Assembly: GCA_002269645.1 (NCBI GenBank)
Contig: NIVC01000570.1
Location: 124,001 to 188,000 of the forward strand
Length of the DNA stretch: 64,000 nt
From: Macrostomum lignano
Lineage: Eukaryota
Reading direction: 5' to 3'
Shown piece after piece: positions 30,080-43,300 of the stretch (within the stretch, counting starts at the first letter, position 1; each line of letters starts with the position of its first letter). The notes under the pieces were generated by a model that saw only the letters and a program-made list of their open reading frames with translations, was not told the DNA's origin and searched no databases. The position numbers were made by a program, and so were the translations under genes.

Positions 30080-31589
30080 ATGGCAACCTCGTCAACTGGC
30101 GATTCCGACGCGGAAGTCGGCGATGACAACACCCTGGTGTCCGCGTCCGAACTGCAGATGCTGCACGAGACGTTCCAACTGTTTGATAAGGACGGTGAGT
30201 ACACATACGAGCCATAGTAGGTTTGGTTGACTTGAGAATGGAACTGCACTAGCGAGCCCCAACCTCGAACAGAACGCATACTTGCTTCATTAGCAATGCA
30301 AAGTTCAGAAGTTGAGACGTTGCCATTTTAGTGCTACAAAACTGGAAACTTCCTGCTAATGCATTTTGCATATTCTAATTTATTTATCCATGATGGAGTA
30401 CCAATCTAAACTTTGTGATCTTCTCACTGATCTTAGGCGATGGCTGCATCACAACAGAGGAGCTGGGCATCGTGCTGCGTTGCATCGGACAATCGCCTAG
30501 TGCAGGCCAGTTGAAGGTGAGAGCATCCGCCACTTCGATACGATCGTACATCATTAAAAATCCAATCAGGGAACTATGGCTTTCTCGGTTCATCCTTGCC
30601 ACCCCATCACTCCATAGCGGATTATTGATCACACCCCCTCACTCCCAGTGTCAGTCGCTGATTGGCTGCTATATCTATCTCACCGTGCCCCACCTCACAC
30701 CAACACCAGCTAGTCCCTGATTGGCTGAAACTTCCAAATCAGCAGATTCTTTATTCTCTAGATGAGCGACCATGCATGTAGAATCAGTGCGTAAAGTTGC
30801 AGTTGCTCTAAAATTCAACGTTTAAATTCAGCCGATTGCTGTAACAGTGGCTTATCTGTCTCGTAGAGTATAGCTGCTAAGATCTACGTTCCAATCAAGG
30901 ACGACTTAAGACAACTGTAGAACAAATGCAGAATAGCATCAGATGCAATGATAATGATCATATTCGCATGAGAGGGCTTTGGGCATCCTAGAGCAACGCC
31001 TTCAACGAGCGACATCGTCCCACAGCCAGCACTGAGGCAATTCTGCCCATTCGGCTGACTCCTGAGCACATTCAAGTCTGTCTAATCGTAAGGCATGTAC
31101 ACCCTCTGTGCCTTGTGGGTTGGCCCTCATGAAAGTGGCGCGACAACAGGAATTTGAGCATTGAAAAAAAATTTCGTCAATTAATCCTGAACCCCCAACA
31201 AAAAGGAGATGCTGCACCGCATCGACAAAGACGGCAACGGCACCATCGAGCTGGAGGAGTTCATCGAGCTGATGAAGTCCGAGAAGCGGCTGGCCGCCGA
31301 CTCGCCAACCGACGAGTCCGACAACGTCGGCGAGGAGGACGAACTGATGGCCACGTTTCGGGTATTCGACAAGGACAAGAACGGTTTCATATCGGCTTCC
31401 GAGCTCAAGCACGTGCTCATGGGACTCGGGCACGAGTGCGACGACAACGACGTTGAAGAGATGCTCAAGGAGGTCGACGTCAACGGGGACGGCCAGGTTG
31501 ACTACGCCGAGTTCACCGCCATGCTCAACAATCCAGTGCCGTCGCCGACGCATTCGCAGTTCAGCAGCATCGCCGACGATCCATCCTGA
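30080..31589 (+). CDS. Calmodulin-like protein with four EF-hands, 3 exons, ~192 aa
   Basis: Exons 30080-30194, 30437-30516 and 31206-31589 (GT-AG, frame consistent). Loops DKDGDGCITTEE, DKDGNGTIELEE, DKDKNGFISASE and DVNGDGQVDYAE. Confidence 0.92.
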
Positions 31590-32031
31590 CTGGCTGACTG
31601 ATGACTGAGCTCAGCCGGTGACCGCAGCTTGTCTATTGAGATCGAATGCGCTTTGGCAAAATCTATATATCTAAATCTGAGCTGTCTCTGTCTGTCTGTC
31701 TATAAACTGTTTATAAACATTCCAATACGCAATTACTCAGAGTAAGTGAGCACTTTTTAGATTCAATATACACTCAGCAACATGTTAAAGTTTCCACGCC
31801 GAAGCCAGTGGTCAACTGATGAATTATTGATTGACATTGACATATTATCATTGACAATACACTGATATCAGTTTATTTTTCTTCCTATCGGCTTGATTGA
31901 GAAATCAGCCCAAACGAGCCCGCGGACGTGGTGTGAATTGCGTCACTTGGGGCTGAGATCTGAGGAAAGGTGACCACTGGTTTTGGGGTGGAAACTTTAG
32001 CATGTTGCTGAGTGTATCATCTTGCAATGTT

Positions 32032-32468
32032 TAAAGGTAAAGGTTGAGCACCAGAAACACAAGGATGAGACAGCAACACCCCCCGACTTGATACTCCGGA
32101 GAGTGACACCGATTTACACCATAGCCATTGACACTTGGGCTGGTGTTTTTTCACTACAAATCACCAACCAACCAAAACTGTCCGGGATTAGGAGGAGTGT
32201 ACGACAGGCGTACATATACACAACCGTCGAGAGGCATTACTGCCCATTCCGAAGACTCCCCTGAGCAGGCACACAAGCGCGTGGATACGCACGCAGTCAT
32301 ACGCACAGACACACACTTTGGGAATTGGTCCTCAAGGGCATTAATTGCACCAGCAGACCCAAGCTGAGATTTCAATCTAGCTCAAAATTAATGTGACTGC
32401 ATTTGGAATCGAGCCTGGGCCGCTGGCACATGAGAGCGCCGCGCTAGACCACCTGGCTATGGCCACCG
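32032..32468 (-). mobile_element. tRNA-derived SINE with an RTE-like (ACCTTT)n tail
   Basis: Minus strand: A-box TAGCCAGGTGG, B-box-like GGCTCGATTCC, 3' end ACCTTTACCTTTA. The internal core (plus strand GAGGCAWTWCTGCCCRTTCSG...CCTGAG) recurs at ~31035 and ~32565. Confidence 0.6.
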
Positions 32469-32479
32469 GGATTGGGTTG

Positions 32480-32745
32480 TGTAAACTTTATAAACCATTC
32501 GCAGGAGAGTTGCGGGCACTCTGGCGCAATGACTTCGGTGAAATCGTCCCACAACCAGCTCTGAGGCAATTCTGCCCGTTCCGCTGACCCCTGAGAACAT
32601 ACAAGCGCGCCAATACTGTACGCAGGCACACGCTCATACAGGGTGTACAGCGGCCCTGGCTTTCCAATCGTCAGGCATGTACACTCTCTAAGCTGACCCT
32701 CATGGGTGTGAATCGCACGACAACTTCCCCGGTTCATTTTTTAAA
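32480..32745. repeat. Dispersed repeat sharing the SINE core; partial copies at ~31010-31145 and ~50-130
   Basis: ACAGGGTG.ACAGCG.CCCTGGCTTT...ATCGT.AG..ATGTACAC is shared with 75-125; CTGAGGCAATTCTGCCC is shared with 31033-31049. Confidence 0.65.
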
Positions 32746-34119
32746 AATTAATTAATATGACCTTGCCACGGAATCGAACGAGGGTTCATTGGGCCAGAGT
32801 TGGAGTGTAGATGAGAAACTGCTGTGAATCTACTCTATCTACGCTCGTAGGTGGATTTTTAAAGACGGAAAATGAGCACGCCTTACGTACAATGAACTGA
32901 GTCGGCATGTAACTTTTCGGCATGAATCGCAAGATTCCCGTCCCTTGTATTCACACCTGTCCTTGGCTGATTTCGGATCTAGCTAAACAGGTAGTGGCGA
33001 TGGGATTTACTTTGGTGCTTAGAGGTAGATGCAAAGGGATTTAGAGGAGTTAGGGGTGTGCTCAACAATGAAATATGAATTTGATCTATTTGTTGCCAGA
33101 TGATTCCTAAAGGCATTTTGCAAGATAATTGAAACTTGATTGTAATTGTAATGCACTAATTTTACACTTTAAAAGTGTTGATAAAATTGTGAATGTAATA
33201 TTCGTGTAATAATATTTTAAGGTAATTTTACACGCACGTGAAATTTGTATAACATTATAATAAAAAGCCCAAACGATTTTAATCTATCTATCGCCCTGGA
33301 AAAAGATTCTGTAAAATTACTATTTTAATCATATTTTAAAGCACAGGTTGTTAAACAATGTTCCTATCTGCACTGTTGACAATATGCACTGTAACAAAGA
33401 CTGTTAACACGAGCAATTAGTTATGAGCGTAGTAATTTAGTGTATTTTTTATCCAAGCCACGTTTACTAACAGTAGTACCATGATACATTTACCTTAAAA
33501 TCGAAATAAATACCAAGATGGGTAAGATCATGCGCGATTTAAGCGGCTTTTATTTCGGTAGTGATATTCTCTCCTTTCTCCCAAACTAGTATGTTGGCTC
33601 ACTTATCTGTTTTTCATCGATTTGGGCTATTCCCTGCTAACTGTGCGCCTGTGTCTGCTTTCTCTGCCCCACCCCCATCGCTCGCGTCCTGGAGGGAGGG
33701 GTTTAAGCTGCCATGTACATTATCAGCTGCGCTGACCAATGTACATTGTTCCTGCACCGATATCAAACGTGTCACGTGATTCTACCACTTGATACCACTG
33801 AACTGGATGTACTGAATTAATTGAATGCAGGAACAATCAGTACACTCAAACCGATTGAATCTGTGATGCGACCACGCACTCTCACGCTGTTTCTAATATT
33901 TTAATTTCTGAGAGTCTATAGATCCAAAAATGATACTTTTTTGCGCACCACCTAGTGAACTCCTTCTGTAGTAAGTAGTGTGGCACAAAATAAAATTTTG
34001 CAGAAATTAACATCCAATAAAACTTCGCGTTGTCTATGCATGGATAGCATCTGACTGATTTAGTGTAAATGTGCTTCAACTAAAAGCACTACTGTCAGTG
34101 CTAGTCAATGTACCTTTGG

Positions 34120-35940
34120 TTACAGTGGATCGCCAGCTCTGTAGGGCACATCCTTGGGAGTATAGGGTATAACAGCCGGCTTCTGCAAGCCAATAAAGTC
34201 AAAGTAGTTGCCAAAATGCGGATTAGTAAACGTCTCGTGTCGTCTCAACTCGACGGGGAAGTACCTGTGCAGCTGTTTGACGCCCATCATCACTCCCAGC
34301 ACCAGAGCGTGCATGCCTACCATGTTCGGACTGCAGCAGCGCATCTCGCCGAACAGCAGGCAGTCGGCAGCCCACATGCCGTGCAGCGACTCCGGCCAGC
34401 GGCTGATGCACACCTCGTGAATGTACCAGTAGACTGCGCGCAGCCCCCTGTGCCGCGGGTTGTGCGTGTCTAGGACGTACTTGCGAATCCTGGTATGGAG
34501 TACGTTGCGGTGCAGGTTTCAGGTTGGTTAATTATTTCACAGTGGGCTTGGGCACAGCCCGAGCTTGTAAGCAGATGGAGTGCTGTAAGCTACCTGTAAG
34601 CAGATGGAGTGCTGTAAGCTACCTGTAAGCAGATGGAGTGCTGTGAGCTACCTGTAAGCAGATGGAGTGCTGTGAGCTACCTGTAAGCAGATGGAGTGCT
34701 GTGAGCTACCTGTAAGCAGATGGAGTGCTGTAAGCTACCTGTAAGCAGATGGAGTGCTGTGAGCTACCTGTAAGCAGATGGAGTGCTGTGAGCTACCTGT
34801 AAGCAGATGGAGTGCTGTAAGCTACCTGTAAGCAGATGGAGTGCTGTCAGCTACCTGTAAGCAGATGGAGTGCTGTAAGCTACCTGTAAGCAGATGGAGT
34901 GCTGTAAGCTACCTGTAAGCAGATGGAGTGCTGTCAGCTACCTGTAAGCAGATGGAGTGCTGTAAGCTACCTGTAAGCAGATGGAGTGCTGTCAGCTACC
35001 TGTAAGCAGATGGAGTGCTGTCAGCTACCTGTAAGCAGATGGAGTGCTGTAAGCTACCTGTAAGCAGATGGAGTGCTGTCAGCTACCTGTAAGCAGATGG
35101 AGTGCTGTAAGCTACCTGTAAGCAGATGGAGTGCTGTAAGCTACCTGTAAGCAGATGGAGTGCTGTAAGCTACCTGTAAGCAGATGGAGTGCTGTGAGCC
35201 ATCTGTAAGCAGATAGAGTGCTGTGAGCCATCTGTAAGCAGATGGAGTGCTGTAAGCTACCTGTAAGCAGATGGAGTGCTGTGAGCTACCTGTAAGCAGA
35301 TGGAGTGCTGTGAGCCACCTGTAAGCAGATGGAGTGCTGTAAGCTACCTGTAAGCAGATGGAGTGCTGTGAGCTACCTGTAAGCAGATGGAGTGCTGTGA
35401 GCTACCTGTAAGCAGATGGAGTGCTGTAAGCTACCTGTAAGCAGATGGAGTGCTGTGAGCTACCTGTAAGCAGATGGAGTGCTGTAAGCTACCTGTAAGC
35501 AGATGGAGTGCTGTGAGCTACCTGTAAGCAGATGGAGTGCTGTAAGCTACCTGTAAGCAGATGGAGTGCTGTGAACTACCTGTAAGCAGATTGCAGACTA
35601 GTTAAAACAACTCAGAATTGGCTCTCATCAATTCCAATTCACCCACTTAGCCTCAATCAGCTTCCTCGGCAGTCCATTTGACTCCAGCAACTCCAGCATC
35701 ATCAATCTGAGCATGATGCCATCCTCGAGCGTCTTAATGAAGACACCTTTGAACAGGTTGATGTCTTCGCTGCCCTGCCCGGTGCTGAGGTACAGCCGCC
35801 GGTGCGTGTTCATGTACTTGCGGCGCAGCATGCAGTAGTGCCCGTCAATTGACAAGTCCACATTTTCGTAGTACTCTCTGTTGAGGAAGATGTTGTCGAA
35901 TAGCTGGCAAAGCTCCGGCTCGATGGTGTCCATGTGCTCT
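34120..35940 (-). CDS. Uncharacterised two-exon protein (~218 aa from the ATG at 35933, or the 3' part of a longer gene)
   Basis: Exon 35940-35647 follows a strong acceptor (TTTTTTCTTCGCCTTCAG|) and ends AA|GTGGGT. Exon 34489-34120 follows ATACCAG|G. Phases match, giving ...LIEAKIRKYVLDTHNPRHRGLRAVYWYIHEV...; no family recognised. Confidence 0.7.
34565..35590. repeat. 29-bp minisatellite (AGCTACCTGTAAGCAGATGGAGTGCTGTR), ~35 copies, filling the intron
   Basis: Direct tandem repetition. Confidence 0.97.
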
Positions 35941-36149
35941 CTGAAGGCGAAGAAAAAACCAGGAAAACCCTCCCCCTTGGGTGGAGGCAGCTGCTGCATC
36001 TTGCTGGCTGGTTCAAATCCTTCCAATCGAATTGAGTGGCTGCTTACTGGCGTGGTGCTGCTGGGATCTCACGGACTTGGGTTGCGTGAAAGATGCGCGT
36101 CTGCTAAAAATAAAAAAGTTCTACCATAGACAGCTGATTTTGAATCAAC

Positions 36150-38158
<2,009 letters not shown>

Positions 38159-38470
38159 GAAGGCAGTTGCCGATCGGCAGCCTCATCATTGGCTGGTTGA
38201 GTTCGGCAGCAATCGCCATTGGTTCCAGGCTCCCGCCCGCAGTTACCAAGGCAACAAACTTCTCTCGCCCAATGATGCACCGCTCTGTTGCCACCCACCT
38301 GCACTAAAGCAATGAATTCAGAAATAATTATTTTTTCTACGATCAAAATTCAGTGTTATTTGTCTGGTGTTGCATCGCAGCAACAAATCGTAGCGACTCT
38401 GTGAAATTCTCTGTGATTCACGATGTACTTTCAATCGTCTGTGTTGCCGTATTTTGCCGACTGTTCCGAG

Positions 38471-38659
38471 ATGCCTCCTCCTCCGCCGCCGCCTCCGCTG
38501 CCACCGCTACGACTGCCGAATCGTCTCGCTAGAATGCGACAGCGCTGCAGGCGCTCCGCGGCTTCGACCTCGACCTCGACTTTCGGATTTTCGTTCGGAC
38601 AGTTTCCGGTTCCACCGGCAGAATTTTTTATGCAGCCTCCGGTCTGCTGCCGATTCAGT
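38471..38659 (+). CDS. Possible upstream exon of the NFI-like gene
   Basis: [19 protein letters not shown]... ends at a phase-0 donor AGT|GTGAGT, compatible with a phase-0 acceptor CCCCAG| at 40221/40222 in the NFI frame. Unverified. Confidence 0.3.
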
Positions 38660-38897
38660 GTGAGTTGGGTGAAAAGGCACTGCAGTTGGGTGAGAGGGCA
38701 CTGCAGTTGGGTGAGAGGGCACTGCAGTTGGGTGAGAGGGCACTGCAGTTGGGTGAGAGGGCACTGCAGTTGGGTGAGAGGGCACTGCAGTTGGGTGAGA
38801 GGGCACTGCAGTTGGGTGAGAGGGCACTGCAGTTGGGTGAGAGGGCACTGGAGTTGGGTGAGAGGGCACTGGAGTTGGGTGAGAGGGCACTGAAATT
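38660..38897. repeat. 21-bp minisatellite (CAGTTGGGTGAGAGGGCACTG), ~11 copies
   Basis: Direct tandem repetition starting at a donor-like site. Confidence 0.95.
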
Positions 38898-40311
38898 GGT
38901 GTGAATGTCACCGTTATTACAATATTCTCTGACCTGTAAAAAGTGGATTCTCGAAGTGGCCGGGTGCTTCCCCTGTCAGTTACCTCGGCTCAGTGTTCAA
39001 GTGGCTGGATGGATGTGATATTTCTCAAAAGAAACACTCAAGGTAGGCCTTGCAGAGCCACTTGAACAGTTGCTCCATGCCATGTGTGTGATCTGCACCG
39101 GTAATTACTCAATGGGGTCAGATGATGGGGCGCAGAATTGTATATCTGAACCAGAAGCAGGTTGCACTTGACACACTTTCTAGGTTAGCGGTTTTCTTAA
39201 AACAGCAGCTACAGATGGGCTGGTGGTCTTTGTCCGCCGACTTTGACTCACCAACAATCCCCCCCCCTAACCAACAGCCTCAAACCAGTCTCAAATCCCC
39301 CAGCCGTCATCTGCAGAATCGCGGCAGTGTTTTTACTGCGTAGGGAAAAGGATGGATGGGGGATAACTCTAGGTGAGTCGGTGCGACTGTTGAAGTGAGT
39401 CAGTTCCCCCAGAAACCGGAGAGAAAGCATCGATGGGGATGGCTGCAGTTGAAAGAGAAGTGTAAGTGAATATGAGGGCAGCAGATGCGGGATGCAGACA
39501 CATGGGGAGAGAGGCGCATATTTTGAACGGCCTCTCAAAAAATACAGGAATAAAGACCCCTGCCGTCATGCGGGACAGGGTTCAGGAAGCGACGCGATTC
39601 GCTGGCGACGCTGGGTGCGTCATACCAGCGTGGCAGCGCAGCGCACACTCATAGAGCTGCAATCTGGATTTGGATTTCTATCCAAACAGACCAAGCAGCT
39701 CAGCGGCCGGGCGTCTGACTCTGTCTTGCGCCACGACCCTCTCTGGTTTGATTACAGTCAGGACCGCTGTACACCCTGTGGTCACGATGACGCCTCAGAT
39801 CTCTCGCAAGCATTTATTTTCATTTCATCATTAAACTACGTATCAAAATCACTGTTTGATTGATGCCATTTTAAAGCTGGTCTGTTGAGTGAGTGTGACA
39901 CCGGAGAAAAAAATTAAAATCTTTCAAAGTTAGGAATGAAAACACACATCTGTATCACTAATATTCAATGTATGTAGTTAGAAAATACTAACTGCACTCC
40001 AAATTCTAGCCCTAACGATCCTTGGCGCAGCAAAAGCTACAAGGCATGACTGTGCTTACTGTGCTGAGTGGAGTTCCCCCCTTGATACTGACAAACTGGC
40101 AGCGCTGAACCGCACCCCACCTTCCCCATTTGCCCGCCAATTTCCCCCAACCCCCTCCACCGGAGTCCATAAATAGATTTGGATATAATTTATTTTGTCA
40201 GAGATAGGCTCTGCTCCCCAGTCCTCCCTAGTGAAGAAAGTAAAGCCAGATCAAGACATCGCGAATTATTCCCAAGAAACTTTCATTCCCAATACGAGCA
40301 ACACTTGCCGA

Positions 40312-43300
40312 ATGGAGAGGGAAATTCCGCCGACTTTGTTTAAACAGGAAGAGCCCGTCGGAGCTGCAAGGACCGTCTCGGAGTCCGACTTCTGCCGGCA
40401 GTATCTGCAGCAGCAGCAGCGGCAGCAGCAACAGCAGCAGCACAGCCGACTCAGTGAGAGCGCGGCCATCGTGCTGTGCATGAGCCGGGCCAGGCGACTG
40501 TCCGGCCTGTGGTACAAGGCTGTGTCACACCTGCGCACAGGCAAGCGGAACAAGAAGGAGAAGAAGCGAACTCTTCTACCCGCTGACTATGCCAGACTGA
40601 GGGAGGCCAGGAGCACCGCCCTGGTGAGCTTTGGGTTGGCGATGATCTGATCAAGGCTGTGATCTGATCGGGTGGGGTCTAAGGAGCGGAGGAGGGGCTT
40701 CAAAGGTAGCGGGAGACTGGGCGGGTGCATCAGGGACACTGAGGGGAGGGAGCGGGAGACTGGGCGGATGCATCAGGGACACTGAGGGGAGGTAGCGGGA
40801 GACTGGGCGGGTGCATCAGGGACGCTGAGGGGAGGTAGCGGGAGACTGGGAGGGTGCATCAGGGACGCTGAGGGGAGGTAGCGGGAGACTGGGAGGGTGC
40901 ATCAGGGACGCTGAGCTAGCGGTGGTCTCTATACTGCCGCTCAGGATATGTCGGAGGCTGAGCTGGCGGACGTGATCGCTAACCTGCTGAAGAAGATCCT
41001 GAAGGAGGTCGCCGATCCAGCGGAAGGTCGCGAGGCCTTCACGAGAGCCTGGCTGGGAGCGGACGGAGGCGACTCCTGCGTGCTGACTGTGCCGGACGCC
41101 AAGGGCAAGATGAAGCGAATCGACGGACTGCGCGGATCCGACAAAGTGTGGCGGCTGGACACCCTGGTCGCCATGCTGTACCACGGCGTGCCCATGGACA
41201 GCACCGACACCGGTTTGTTGGTGCACCGGTGCGAACAGGACCTGTGCGTGAATCCCGGTCACCTGTGCTTCCAGTGCAGCCCGGCAACTATGGCTGTTGC
41301 CATGGAGATGCTGCGACTCAACGACTGCTCGGAGTCTTCGGCGGAGATGCGGCACTATCAGCTGGCCTCGCCGTTTCCCATCGACGTCATTCGCAAGGAG
41401 ATGAGCGGTGAGTTCATTCATGCAGCAGCTTACCCTACCGCCGAGTGTCAGGTATCCCGCAGCTCAGTGTTTTGGTCAATGCCTGATGCTCGCAGGTAGT
41501 TGACGAAGGCCATCTGTAGCGCAGACCATAGTTGTAAGCCGTGACTGATTCACCCGCCAATCAGGTGTTGTGTGCCGCTGCCGGGCAGGAACCCGACACC
41601 CTCTGTCTGTGTGTCCAGCTACGCTTGTTCAACCATCGTTGGAAAAATAATTGCGTTTTTTCAGAGCGCCGTCTGTAACGTTGCAGCCTGATTCGGGAGG
41701 GATTTCAGTTTTATGAAGGATAATTATGAGCAAATATAAACATTGGCCCCAGCAGGCTGTTAACTGCATGCTGGCTACTTCCACCCATCTTGCGGTTGAT
41801 GGCGAAGGGAGCATGACGTAAGATGATGAAAGGGAAATAGTAATACAGTGAAGAGGACAGTAGAGAGGGTAGTAGAGAGGGCAGTAGAGTAGAGAGGAGA
41901 GTAGAGTAGAGAGAGCAGTAGAGTAGAGGGTAGTAGAGTAGAGAGGGTAGTAGAGTAGAGAGGGTAGTAGAGTAGAGAGGGTAGTAAAGTAGAGTGGACA
42001 GTAGAGTAGAGAGGGCAGTAGAGTAGAGAGGGCAGTAGAGTAGAGTGGACAGTAGAGAAGATAATATCTGATAGATATGAGAGGCCAGCGGCTCTGCGGT
42101 CAGGCATAATTTTCCCCATTCCCCCTGCACTTCTGAAACCGCAGCAAGCAGAGCTGATCAGTGAAATTCCAAAGCGAAGCAGCCTGCGAGTGCGGCATGA
42201 AACTTGACAGACAGCCAAGCAGCAGCTGTTGAACATGTCCGCCCTCCCGTCTTTGTTGTCACTAAATTTATCAAACCTTTTTTAAGTTCGGCTGCCCCAC
42301 AAATCTCAAGGCAGGGATGCTGACTACTGATGAAGTTTAGGGGGCCAGTGAGTCACTTACTTGTTGTAAGGGATATTGTCAGTCATATCTCAGCCCCGAC
42401 TATAGCTAAAAATAGCTCTCAGCATTGCGCTTATTTATGGCTGTTTTTTATTTTTCCCATCCACGCTCGAGTCGGACTGAGGTCACGTGACTGCTCTGCT
42501 TCCACCAGCGGGGAAGATGCAGCTTCATAAACGCCCAGTTGACCCTTAGCACTGATATGGATTAGCTGGGAAATTCGGGGCTAAAGGGAATTGGGAGAGT
42601 CGGAAAATAAGCCGGACCCATGTTTAGGGAATGTCTTCTCTCTCTCTCTCTCTCTAAATCATAAATGTGTCACTGGCCCACCCCCCACTACCCCTGCCAA
42701 GGCTAGAGGGCTGCAGAAACGGAGCCAGGTGTATTTGGCCAGTGCAATACAGGCGTGGACTTAATGGCTTAGGATAGGGGGGGAGAGAGGGGGGAGAAGA
42801 AATCGGGACTATAAAAAGGTGACTGAGAAATGACGTCAGGCAGGGGTTGGAGGCGGACGGCTGCCCGCCCTCCTCTTCTCCCCCCAGCGGGAAGGGGGGA
42901 GGGAGTCTTTGTTTGGGAAGCGACTGATGGCCTGCCTGGTTCAGAGCGCCTCCTGATAACGGGCAGGGCGCAAACTGTCGGGCTGAAACGCGGCCCAGGG
43001 GTCTCAGGCACGCGGAGGCCGCCCGTGAGTCATGGCTGACACGCACGGGCAGGCAGCGGCTCACCATGGATGGAACAGGGAAAGCGGTCCCAGTGAACTC
43101 TGCGGCCCGTCTGACTGACTGACTGACTGACTGACTGACTGACTGACTGACTGACTGACTGACCTGACTGACTGACTGACTGACTGACTGACTGACTGAC
43201 TGACTGACTGACTGACTGACTGACTGACTGACTGACTGACTGACTGACTGACTGACTGACTGACTGACTGACTGACTGACTGACTGACTGACTGACTTGA

